A stretch of DNA of 38,961 nucleotides from positions 1 through 38,961 of IMG/VR virus record IMGVR_UViG_3300020045_002893, one strand, 5' to 3'. Below the pieces are notes generated by a model, which saw only the letters and a program-made list of their open reading frames with translations, made no database searches and had not been told where the DNA came from. Below, in pieces: positions 1-7,316 of the stretch (its first letter is position 1; every line of letters starts with the position of its first letter). Both the position numbers and the translations under genes were made by a program. The stretch comes from a virus. Taxonomy: Duplodnaviria > Caudoviricetes.

Positions 1-114
1 GGCACCAGAGACGGCGCAACACCGGAAACCGTCAAGGCCGCGATGGTCAAGGACGGCTTCACCAAAGAGGAAATGGCGCAAGCTGCCGCCGAAATGCTGG
101 GAGATGACGAATGA
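1..114 (+). CDS. 3' end of hypothetical protein, truncated by the window edge
   Basis: Frame 1 is open from base 1 (GTRDGATPETVKAAM...GDDE*). Its stop overlaps the next ATG (ATGA). Confidence 0.6.
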   Translation, partial: GTRDGATPETVKAAMVKDGFTKEEMAQAAAEMLGDDE

Positions 115-220
115 CCATCCGCACCCGCTTTGCCGACTGGGTATGTGGCGCTGATCGCCATGCCGCAGAACTGGTCGAGGAAATGGCCCACCTGCGCGAG
201 ATGCTCAACATCAAGGGCGA
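111..220 (+). repeat. 110-bp inverted repeat, copy 1
   Basis: Matches the reverse complement of 38841-38950 with 5 mismatches by manual alignment. Confidence 0.95.
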
Positions 221-392
221 CACGATCACCATCGCCAAGGACCGCATCGCGCTTCTGGAAACCCAATCCCGCGCGCTTGCCGCCAAGTGCTACGAGTTGC
301 AGCACCGCCTCAACCTCATCGCCGCAGAGGAACGCCCCACCAGCAACGCCACCGTTCGCCGCATGGCGCGTATCGCACGGGGGGAGGTGTGA
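111..392 (+). CDS. hypothetical coiled-coil protein; N-terminus shared with 38708-38950
   Basis: Overlap-coupled on both sides; GGGAG RBS; first ~36 aa almost identical to the ORF at the other end of the window. Confidence 0.75.
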   Translation: MTIRTRFADWVCGADRHAAELVEEMAHLREMLNIKGDTITIAKDRIALLETQSRALAAKCYELQHRLNLIAAEERPTSNATVRRMARIARGEV

Positions 393-589
393 TGAAGATT
401 GACGCCATAGAGGCGCTGTGCAACGCGCTGGTGGGGCTTGTCGTGTCGTGGGCGGCTACGTACTGGCTTCTGCCCATGTGGGGCCTGCAACCGTCTGCCA
501 GCGCATCGGCGGGCATCACAGGCATGTTCTTCGTACTGTCGTTTGCGCGGGCCTATGCGCTTCGGTCGCTGTTCCGGAGGATGGGATGA
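392..589 (+). CDS. small two-TM membrane protein
   Basis: MKIDAIEALCNALVGLVVSWAATYWLLP...; GGAGG RBS; two hydrophobic segments; coupled to the MTase start. Confidence 0.75.
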   Translation: MKIDAIEALCNALVGLVVSWAATYWLLPMWGLQPSASASAGITGMFFVLSFARAYALRSLFRRMG

Positions 590-1239
590 GGATTGAACGC
601 ATCGGCAATTGCACCCTGTATCTCGGTGACTGCATGGATGTGATGCCGGGGCTGGGGCGGGTGGACGCGGTAGTGACTGCTCCGCCTTATGGGATAGGGA
701 TAACGCGGAGCAATAGACTGGCAATAAGCCGTGGTATGGGTGGCAGGAATTGGGATGATGTTGCTGCTGATATGTCTTGGCTATTTCCAATGAAAATACC
801 TGCAATTGTTTGGGGTGGGAATTATTTTACCATGCCACCTACAAGGGCACCGCTAGTTTGGGACAAAAACAACGCTGGGCGTGATTTTGCAGACTTTGAA
901 ATGGCATGGACAAATCTGGACATGGTAGCCAGGCGCTTTGTTTTGCGCCCTATGAACATGGATGGAGGTAAACAGCACCCCACCCAAAAGCCAATCGCGC
1001 TAATGGAATGGTGCTTAGGTTTCCTGCCCCACGCCCATACCATTCTTGACCCCTTCATGGGCAGCGGCACGACTGGCGTTGCCTGCGTCAACCTTGGCCG
1101 GTCTTTTATCGGCATTGAGCGCGATCCTGAATATTTCGACATAGCCTGCCGCCGCATCGAGGAAGCGCACCGGCAAGCTGATTTGTTCGTGGCAAAGCCC
1201 GCGCACATCCCGCCGCAACAGAAGGACATGGACCTATGA
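586..1239 (+). CDS. N6-adenine/N4-cytosine DNA methyltransferase (beta class); catalytic motif reads APPY
   Basis: LYLGDC, VVT-APPY, HPTQKP, DPFMGSGTTG and FIGIERD motifs. Confidence 0.9.
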   Translation: MRIERIGNCTLYLGDCMDVMPGLGRVDAVVTAPPYGIGITRSNRLAISRGMGGRNWDDVAADMSWLFPMKIPAIVWGGNYFTMPPTRAPLVWDKNNAGRDFADFEMAWTNLDMVARRFVLRPMNMDGGKQHPTQKPIALMEWCLGFLPHAHTILDPFMGSGTTGVACVNLGRSFIGIERDPEYFDIACRRIEEAHRQADLFVAKPAHIPPQQKDMDL

Positions 1240-1580
1240 TCCCCGCCTATGACAACCCCCACGCAACAACCCACCAGGACGCCATCCGTGAGGCCATGCT
1301 GCGCCTGTGCCGAGCTGAGGGGCATAAGTCAGGCGTGCCAAACAAGATGGGCATCGGCGTGGCCTTGGTGCCGCCCCGCCGCGAGAGGGACCGGCGGGTG
1401 GAGATACTGGCGGCTTTGACGCAGCCCGCCACGGTTCACCACATCAAGGACGTGACCGGCATCAACAATCAAACGGCCCGGAATATCTTGGAGGAACTGT
1501 TTGATGCGGGGCTTGTGACGCGGGAAAAGGTCAGACGAGGGCGCACCACGTTTTGGGTGTATCAGAAGGTGGGGAAATGA
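1236..1580 (+). CDS. winged-helix DNA-binding protein
   Basis: C-terminal ATVHHIKDVTGINNQTARNILEELFDAGLVTR resembles a wHTH; ATGA overlaps on both sides. Confidence 0.7.
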   Translation: MIPAYDNPHATTHQDAIREAMLRLCRAEGHKSGVPNKMGIGVALVPPRRERDRRVEILAALTQPATVHHIKDVTGINNQTARNILEELFDAGLVTREKVRRGRTTFWVYQKVGK

Positions 1581-2488
1581 CCGCCTATTACAACGAGGTT
1601 GACCCGCAGGCGGCGGCTTGGCTGCGGGAACTCATCAAGCGTGGTCACATAGCGCCGGGGGATGTTGACGAAAGGAGCATTGAGGATGTCACACCAGCTG
1701 AGCTTTTGGGATACACCCAATGTCATTTCTTCGCAGGCATCGGTGGATGGTCCTACGCCCTGCGCCTCGCCGGTATCCCCGATGATTGCCCGATCTGGAC
1801 GGGATCATGCCCTTGCCAACCTTTCAGCACGGCAGGCAAAGGAAAAGGGTTTGCTGACGAGCGGCACCTTTGGCCAGCATTCCTCCACCTCATCACGCAG
1901 TGCGGAATTGAGCTTGTCATTGGCGAACAAGTTGCAGGCAAAGACGGCCTTGCTTGGCTCGACCTTGTATCAACTGACCTGGAAGCAGTGGGATACGCCT
2001 GCGGGGCGGTCCCTGCGCCTTCTGCGGGGTTCGGCGCGCCGCACATCCGAGAGCGCATTTACTGGGTGGCCGACGCCAACAACACGGGATCACAAGGACG
2101 GATCGGAATGCCTGAACGTGCCGATCAATGCGCTTTTGGGCAGATCGGTTTGGCTGGCTGGGTGGCCGACGCCAAGCGCGCATGCGTTCGGGGAAAACTT
2201 GGATCTGGAATTGGCAAGACGAGAGCGCTTGAAGGAAAAGCACAAGAACGGCAACGGTTCTGGGATAACCTTGGCTGTGATGGCACAGCTAACCGGACCG
2301 GCCCGACTAACGGCTTCTGGCGAGATGCTGACTGGCTCGGATGCCGCGATGGAAAGTGGCGGCCAGTTGAGCCCGGAACATTCCCGCTGGGTCATGGGAT
2401 ACCCGCCAGAGTGGGACGACTGCGCGGTTACGGCAATGCCATCAATCCCCACCAAGCGGCGGCGTTCATTGAAGCCGTGATGAGATAA
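1577..2488 (+). CDS. C5-cytosine DNA methyltransferase, main (alpha) polypeptide
   Basis: FFAGIGG (motif I), GSCPCQPFS (IV), GEQV (VI), PHIRERIY (VIII), RLRGYGNAI (X). No motif IX is evident in this frame. Confidence 0.92.
   Translation: MTAYYNEVDPQAAAWLRELIKRGHIAPGDVDERSIEDVTPAELLGYTQCHFFAGIGGWSYALRLAGIPDDCPIWTGSCPCQPFSTAGKGKGFADERHLWPAFLHLITQCGIELVIGEQVAGKDGLAWLDLVSTDLEAVGYACGAVPAPSAGFGAPHIRERIYWVADANNTGSQGRIGMPERADQCAFGQIGLAGWVADAKRACVRGKLGSGIGKTRALEGKAQERQRFWDNLGCDGTANRTGPTNGFWRDADWLGCRDGKWRPVEPGTFPLGHGIPARVGRLRGYGNAINPHQAAAFIEAVMR
1662..2480 (+). CDS. nested alternative-frame ORF, probable beta polypeptide of the C5 MTase (true start uncertain, probably downstream)
   Basis: 272 open codons inside the MTase gene; contains WPTP twice and [18 protein letters not shown], which resembles motif IX. 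Confidence 0.7.
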   Translation: MLTKGALRMSHQLSFWDTPNVISSQASVDGPTPCASPVSPMIARSGRDHALANLSARQAKEKGLLTSGTFGQHSSTSSRSAELSLSLANKLQAKTALLGSTLYQLTWKQWDTPAGRSLRLLRGSARRTSESAFTGWPTPTTRDHKDGSECLNVPINALLGRSVWLAGWPTPSAHAFGENLDLELARRERLKEKHKNGNGSGITLAVMAQLTGPARLTASGEMLTGSDAAMESGGQLSPEHSRWVMGYPPEWDDCAVTAMPSIPTKRRRSLKP

Positions 2489-2492
2489 CGAC

Positions 2493-2514
2493 AGGCCCGG
2501 CGCAAACCGGGCCT
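2493..2514. terminator. hairpin between convergent transcription units
   Basis: AGGCCCGG-cgcaaa-CCGGGCCT perfect 8-bp stem directly after the MTase stop; no long U tract. Confidence 0.6.
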
Positions 2515-2593
2515 ATTGCATTGGCTGGGGGCATGATAAGCTGGCCGCGCGGCTTTGGGGGCTTTGAGGCCAAGACCCGGACGGCCTGCGAGG

Positions 2594-2938
2594 TCAGGCA
2601 ACTTCGTGAACCCGAACGCCAGCCGCACGGGCGCGCCGCACCATGTCCGCAGTGCCGCGCCCGCCAGCAAAGGCCACCACAAGATCCGGCTTCCCTTGAT
2701 CTAGCATCTGCTGATTTCTGATCGGCCCTGCGGCCCTTCCGTGCTTTCCCCAATCAGCCGGGAAATACTGGATCGTGATACCGCGCGCCAAAGCCCAATC
2801 CCGAGCCAGCATGTCAGCGCCGGGCGCACATCCGTTGATAAGTTCGATTGGGGGCATCGGCGGCAAAAGCTGCGCCAGCACTTCTGCCATTTTCGCCCGG
2901 TCGCTATAGTGCCGACCGCCACAAACCAAAACCCTCAT
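2594..2938 (-). CDS. SLOG-family protein (DUF2493/YspA-like)
   Basis: MRVLVCGGRHY...GCAPGAD...ADWGKHGRAAGPIRNQQML...VAFAGGRGTADM. Confidence 0.88.
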   Translation of the reverse strand: MRVLVCGGRHYSDRAKMAEVLAQLLPPMPPIELINGCAPGADMLARDWALARGITIQYFPADWGKHGRAAGPIRNQQMLDQGKPDLVVAFAGGRGTADMVRRARAAGVRVHEVA

Positions 2939-3363
2939 CGCCCTTCCTCCAACCATGCCAGCACATCAAAGCCGACAGCTTGCGACAGGTGCGCCATGCA
3001 CCCGTCAAAATACGCCTTGAACGCCCCCTGGTCCATCGCGCCAAATGCCGTGCTGTGCGGCATCATCCCCGTGACATTGCCGGAGAGGTCGAAAATAGGT
3101 TCTAGCAGCCCCATCTTGCATTTCAGCGCCGTGTGTAGCGCCTCGGGGCTTGCCCATCGTCCTTTGGCCTGCACAACGTGCGAGAGGGTGCGCCAGTAGG
3201 TGCGGTGCAGGGGCAGCGTTCGTTTGTTGCGATGCACCAGATCGAACAGCGCGCCTTCCGGGAACTTCGCCAGATCTTCGGCATCAAAACCGGAAACCGG
3301 GGAGAGAACCCCCCGGCTAAGCCGCACCATTGGCGCGGGTGGTTTTTCGCGCTTGGCTGTCAT
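2935..3363 (-). CDS. DUF1367/NinB-like recombination-associated protein
   Basis: RTLPLHRTYW...EALHTALK...STAFGAMDQGAF pattern; position in the recombination operon. Confidence 0.65.
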   Translation of the reverse strand: MTAKREKPPAPMVRLSRGVLSPVSGFDAEDLAKFPEGALFDLVHRNKRTLPLHRTYWRTLSHVVQAKGRWASPEALHTALKCKMGLLEPIFDLSGNVTGMMPHSTAFGAMDQGAFKAYFDGCMAHLSQAVGFDVLAWLEEGR

Positions 3364-3587
3364 GCCATGCCCAGCCCGGCCATGTAGGTATCCAGAAGCG
3401 CGGCTTCCTCTGCCCGAGCATCGGCGCTCTTGCGGCGCAGGGCGATGACCTTGCGCAGAATGGCCGTGTCATAGCCTTCCGCCTTGGCCGTGGCGTAGTG
3501 TTCCTTCACCACATCCTGAGCGTCACGCACCTCTGCGGCGGCGTGTTCGATCTGTTCAATAATCTGCGTAAGTTTGGCGTCGGTCAT
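3360..3587 (-). CDS. gapR: GapR-like nucleoid-associated protein (DUF2312)
   Basis: LTQIIEQIE...KEHYATAKAEGYDTAILRKVIALRRK...EEAALLDTYMAGLGM. Confidence 0.88.
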   Translation of the reverse strand: MTDAKLTQIIEQIEHAAAEVRDAQDVVKEHYATAKAEGYDTAILRKVIALRRKSADARAEEAALLDTYMAGLGMA

Positions 3588-3590
3588 TGG

Positions 3591-3746
3591 TCAAGCCTCG
3601 TTTTCAGGGAGGCTGGCGATCACCTCCTCAATTGCGCGGATGAAGTTCACCGCGTAGGGTTCATGCTCTTGGGTGTGCGCCACCAAGTCGTAAAGCGCTT
3701 CTTGCACCTTGTCCCAATTGTGCTTTTGCAGGTCTTTGTCGGTCAT
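3591..3746 (-). CDS. hypothetical protein, 51 aa (not in the ORF track)
   Basis: MTDKDLQKHNWDKVQEALYDLV...PENEA; GGAG RBS; fills a gap in the operon. Confidence 0.65.
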   Translation of the reverse strand: MTDKDLQKHNWDKVQEALYDLVAHTQEHEPYAVNFIRAIEEVIASLPENEA

Positions 3747-3925
3747 CAGTTTGGCTCCATGATTTTCATATGCTTGTCATACACGCGCTGGGCAAACAGC
3801 TTGGCGTCATCGCCGCCGCCCAGCACTTGCGCTGCGTTGTCAACCAGCGCGGATTGGTCGGTGATGCCGTTCGCCATGGTTGCGCGCATGGTGTTCAAGG
3901 CGCGGCGTTCGTCGCGGCGGTTCAT
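3746..3925 (-). CDS. hypothetical protein, 59 aa (not in the ORF track)
   Basis: MNRRDERRALNTMRATM...KIMEPN; overlap-coupled to ssb and to the next gene. Confidence 0.7.
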   Translation of the reverse strand: MNRRDERRALNTMRATMANGITDQSALVDNAAQVLGGGDDAKLFAQRVYDKHMKIMEPN

Positions 3926-4338
3926 AGCAAGCCGTTGATTTTGAACGGAATTTCATCGTCCATATCTCGCGTGCCGCGTGCGCCGCCTGTGGGTGGTCGG
4001 TCATACCCGCCGCCTCGTTCTTCGCGCTGGCCTTCGCTGCGATCCTGCCCGCCGCCCATGAGGGTCACGGCGTCAACCCGCAGCGTGAGGTACGTCTTGC
4101 CTTCATGTTCGCGGGTGGAGAACTCACCGGCCACGCTGACCTTGCTGCCTTTTGTCAAGTACTGCGCCAAAGCCTCGCCACGCTTTCCCCACAGGGTGCA
4201 GTCGAACCACAGGGTCCGCTTGTCCTGCCCGTTGCGTTCCTCCACCGCGACGGTCCAGCCTGTCACCTTGTCGCCTGACTGTGTGCTGCGAACAACGGCG
4301 TCCTTGCCGATATTGCCTGAGATTGTCAGCTGTTTCAT
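3922..4338 (-). CDS. ssb: single-stranded DNA-binding protein
   Basis: ISGNIGKD OB-fold start, YLTKGSKVSVAG and acidic DDEIPF tail. Confidence 0.95.
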   Translation of the reverse strand: MKQLTISGNIGKDAVVRSTQSGDKVTGWTVAVEERNGQDKRTLWFDCTLWGKRGEALAQYLTKGSKVSVAGEFSTREHEGKTYLTLRVDAVTLMGGGQDRSEGQREERGGGYDRPPTGGARGTRDMDDEIPFKINGLL

Positions 4339-5036
4339 CGTGCGATTTTCTCCTGAAAATACCGCGCCCCGTTTCCTTCGGGTACGCTGTGTGTCCTGAC
4401 AAATTCCAGCGCGCAGGCTTCCAGCGCCGCCCGCCCTTCTTCGTCCTTGTTCATCCAGCGCAACAGGGCGCTGTAGTCGGTCACCTCATGCCGCTGGACG
4501 GTGACCATACCCTTGACCGTTGTGCGCTTGGCGGCGTTTGCTTCGCGCTGAGAAGCTTCGGCACGTTCGCGCGCGGCATCGGCTTCGCGATGGGCTTCCA
4601 GATCGGTCGGCGCGGCGGCTTCTGCGGCCTTGCGGGCGGCTTCCGTATCTTCCCATGCCTTGCGGGCTGCGGCAACGCGGATAGCCTCTAGGCGGGCTGC
4701 TTCGGCGCGCTTGAACGCATCCACAGCAGCGACCAGACCCTTTGACTGCCGGTCCAGATCGGCAAGGAACGCCTTCCACCGCGCCACCACGTTGTCACAC
4801 GCGGCTTTGTGCGGGCGGTACTCGGCTTCCTTGGCATCCTCGGCCTGTTTCTTCGCAGCCTTCACCGATGCAAGCAGCGCATCAACAGCGGCCATCTGTT
4901 CCGCGTTTTCCACCTTGCTGCCGTCCAGCCAGTTGGCGACTTCGGCAAACGTGTCGTCGTGTTCTGCTTGGATCAGCAGAAGGGGGTCATCTTCGGGCGG
5001 GTTGTTGTGACCAGCGGGCGGGGGGCTATGCGTCAC
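4335..5036 (-). CDS. coiled-coil phage protein next to the recombinase
   Basis: Long Ala/Glu-rich helical ORF with an N-terminal GHNNPP; GTG start after a GAGGAG RBS. Confidence 0.75.
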   Translation of the reverse strand: MTHSPPPAGHNNPPEDDPLLLIQAEHDDTFAEVANWLDGSKVENAEQMAAVDALLASVKAAKKQAEDAKEAEYRPHKAACDNVVARWKAFLADLDRQSKGLVAAVDAFKRAEAARLEAIRVAAARKAWEDTEAARKAAEAAAPTDLEAHREADAARERAEASQREANAAKRTTVKGMVTVQRHEVTDYSALLRWMNKDEEGRAALEACALEFVRTHSVPEGNGARYFQEKIAR

Positions 5037-5751
5037 GCTCAAGCTCCTCTTTGCGATAGGCCGCAGCCTGCATGATTGTCGGCGTCATGTCCGGGGCGAA
5101 CACCTCTTGCAGCTTTGCCAGCACGACAAGATCCGGCGCGCCGTTCACCAGGTGTTCAACCCGCGCCAGCCGCGCCATACGGATTGCGTCGTGTTCGTTG
5201 TCGCAGCCGGGCGCTTTGATCGCCGCCAGCAATTCACGGCCCGTCATCGCAGCCTCAATGCGCTGGACATGGGGGGCCGGGTCATAGACGTTGGCGGTTG
5301 TCTCGCGCTTTTCCTTGTCCTTCTCATACAGGGCCAAGCCGAACGTGTTGCCGAAGGTGCGCAGAGCACGTTTCAGCGCGTCTGTTTCGGCTTCCTTGAC
5401 GGCGCTTTCGATCACGTCGCCAATGTTCTCGGGCTTGCCGTTACCAGTACCACAAGCCACGCCTTCACGGATCACGCCGCCCACATCAACGCGGACACAG
5501 CACACATAGGCCACGCGGGCTTGAGCGTAGGGGCCGTTGTTGCCGGTCATCTGGAAAACCTCGTTCGAAGCGCATTCCAGCCGCGTCACAGTGTATGACC
5601 ATCCGTTGCGCCCGAAGATGCGGTTTGCCTCGCTGATGACGTGCAAGCCATCGACGTACTCGCCATACTTGCCTTTCGGCGGCGGCTTGATCGCGGCGAC
5701 GTCCAGCGGCTTGGCCAGTTCGATGCTGGCCTTTTGCCAATCCACCGTCAT
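5026..5751 (-). CDS. Rad52/22-family (Sak-like) single-strand annealing protein
   Basis: YVDGLHVISEANRIFGRNGWS...AVKEAETDALKRALRTFGNTFGLALY. Confidence 0.92.
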   Translation of the reverse strand: MTVDWQKASIELAKPLDVAAIKPPPKGKYGEYVDGLHVISEANRIFGRNGWSYTVTRLECASNEVFQMTGNNGPYAQARVAYVCCVRVDVGGVIREGVACGTGNGKPENIGDVIESAVKEAETDALKRALRTFGNTFGLALYEKDKEKRETTANVYDPAPHVQRIEAAMTGRELLAAIKAPGCDNEHDAIRMARLARVEHLVNGAPDLVVLAKLQEVFAPDMTPTIMQAAAYRKEELERDA

Positions 5752-5897
5752 TGCGCCCACTCCATCACCGGAACCTTGCGTATCAGCCACACGTACTTGC
5801 GCGCCGCCAGCGTTCGCCATGCCCAGTCTGCCGTGCCGCGCGGGTATGCCCGGCGTTCGGAAAGCATCCGCCGCAGCATCATGCGTTCACCTGTCAT
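5748..5897 (-). CDS. hypothetical protein, first gene of the leftward operon
   Basis: GGAGGT RBS; ATGA overlap with the SSAP gene. Confidence 0.7.
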   Translation of the reverse strand: MTGERMMLRRMLSERRAYPRGTADWAWRTLAARKYVWLIRKVPVMEWAQ

Positions 5898-5909
5898 CTT
5901 CGCAACCTC

Positions 5910-5960
5910 CATTGCCTTGCCTTGACAATCTTGCCCATCCTGCCGCAAGATGCAAGCACG
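5910..5960. promoter_or_regulatory. divergent early promoters and operator
   Basis: + strand TTGACA(5922)-18-CAAGAT; - strand TTGCAT-16-CAAGAT; palindrome TCTTGC-N10-GCAAGA and repeated CTTG/CAAG half-sites. Confidence 0.6.
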
Positions 5961-5982
5961 ATTTCAGCCTAGGAGGCAAACT

Positions 5983-6150
5983 ATGACTGCGGAACAGATC
6001 CGCGCCGCGCTGTACGACCGGGTGTTGCGCCGGGTGGCAGAGGGTAGCGGCGTGTCGGAGCGGACGCTTAAGAACATCGTGGCCCAGCGCCACAAACCGC
6101 AGCCGGGTACGCTGGAAAAGCTGACCAAGTACCTGGGGGCCAAGCCGTGA
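5983..6150 (+). CDS. Cro-like HTH regulator
   Basis: LRRVAEGSGVSERTLKNIV...PQPGTLEKL; AGGAGG RBS; first gene of the rightward operon. Confidence 0.8.
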   Translation: MTAEQIRAALYDRVLRRVAEGSGVSERTLKNIVAQRHKPQPGTLEKLTKYLGAKP

Positions 6151-6449
6151 GGCGGTACGCTGCAGCTTCGGACGGCAACCAACCCGAAATCGTCGCCGCG
6201 CTTCGGGCGGTGGGCGCAACCGTCAAAACCTGTCAGGCCGTGGGCCAAGGGTTCCCCGATCTTGTCGTGGCATATTCGGGGGTCAACCATCTTATCGAGG
6301 TGAAGGACCCCACGCAGCCGAAGCACCGCCACGCCTTGACGCCTGCGCAGGTGGAGTTTCACGCGACGTGGGCCGGGCCGATCCATATCGTATTTACGGC
6401 AAAGCAGGCGCTGGAAGCCATCGGCGCGCTGCGGGGTACGGTATCATGA
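6147..6449 (+). CDS. VRR-NUC-like PD-(D/E)XK nuclease (putative junction resolvase)
   Basis: GFPDLVV...LIEVKD...LTPAQVEFH. Confidence 0.8.
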   Translation: MRRYAAASDGNQPEIVAALRAVGATVKTCQAVGQGFPDLVVAYSGVNHLIEVKDPTQPKHRHALTPAQVEFHATWAGPIHIVFTAKQALEAIGALRGTVS

Positions 6450-6862
6450 CCCTCAACGACGAAATGCACCTGTCCCACATGGCCCGCCTCAAACGCGCAG
6501 AGGCCACCATACGCGCCTTGACACGGCGGCTGGATCTGCTTGAAGGCCACGCAGATCCGAAGCCCGCTGAGATGCCCCCCGATGGCATGGCGGAGGTCGT
6601 CGCCATCGTCGCGGCGCAGTACGGACTGCGAGCGGCGCATCTGGTCGGGCCGTCAAAATACCGGCGCTACATCCCGGCGCGGTTCGAGGCATACCGCCGA
6701 TTGCGTGACGCAGGTTTCAGCTATGGGCAGATTGGCCGGTATTTCGGGCGGGATCACAGCACGGTCATGCACGGTGTTGCGAAGGCCGAAAAGAGCGAAG
6801 CCCCACCCCGTACAGGGGCAGGGCTTGCAAGCGCCGTTGGTGACGGCTATAGTCAGCGGTGA
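6446..6862 (+). CDS. protein with a DnaA C-terminal-type HTH
   Basis: VAAQYGL...ARFEAY...SYGQIGRYFGRDHSTVMHG. Confidence 0.85.
   Translation: MTLNDEMHLSHMARLKRAEATIRALTRRLDLLEGHADPKPAEMPPDGMAEVVAIVAAQYGLRAAHLVGPSKYRRYIPARFEAYRRLRDAGFSYGQIGRYFGRDHSTVMHGVAKAEKSEAPPRTGAGLASAVGDGYSQR
6825..6853 (+). promoter_or_regulatory. sigma70-type promoter upstream of the replication genes
   Basis: TTGCAA-17 bp-TATAGT. Confidence 0.55.
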
Positions 6863-6932
6863 TGAAACGCAGGCAATTGTTACCACGGGTGGTGCCGAGT
6901 GACAATACCCTGCCCCAAGATGAGGGCGACAC

Positions 6933-7316
6933 ATGGCCAAGGGCTATGTCTATATTCTGACAAACGAATGCATGCTGGGGCTGGTGAAAATCGGCAGGAC
7001 TGTAAACCCGGTTGAGTTCAGGGCAGAACAGTTGTTCACAAGCGGCGTTCCTGCACCGTTTAAGGTATACGGTGAATACCTTTGTCCAGACTGCGTGCGC
7101 GGGGAGGCTGATGCGCATACCTCTTTGGCCGCTTTTAGGGTGTCTCCTATGCGGGAGTTTTTTACCTGCGACCCGATGGCTGCGGAAGACGTAATCCGAA
7201 GCATTCAGGAAGAACAAGTAAACCAATGCGTTAGGGAGTTCTTGCCGGGTTATGTTGTAGCGTTTGAGGCAAAACTTAACGAGGCCATCCAATTCATGGC
7301 GGCTATTCCCGAATGA
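6933..7316 (+). CDS. T5orf172-domain (GIY-YIG superfamily) protein
   Basis: GYVYILTNECMLGLVKIGRT...RAEQLFTSGVPAPF...REFF; visibly lower GC than its neighbours. Confidence 0.88.
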   Translation: MAKGYVYILTNECMLGLVKIGRTVNPVEFRAEQLFTSGVPAPFKVYGEYLCPDCVRGEADAHTSLAAFRVSPMREFFTCDPMAAEDVIRSIQEEQVNQCVREFLPGYVVAFEAKLNEAIQFMAAIPE

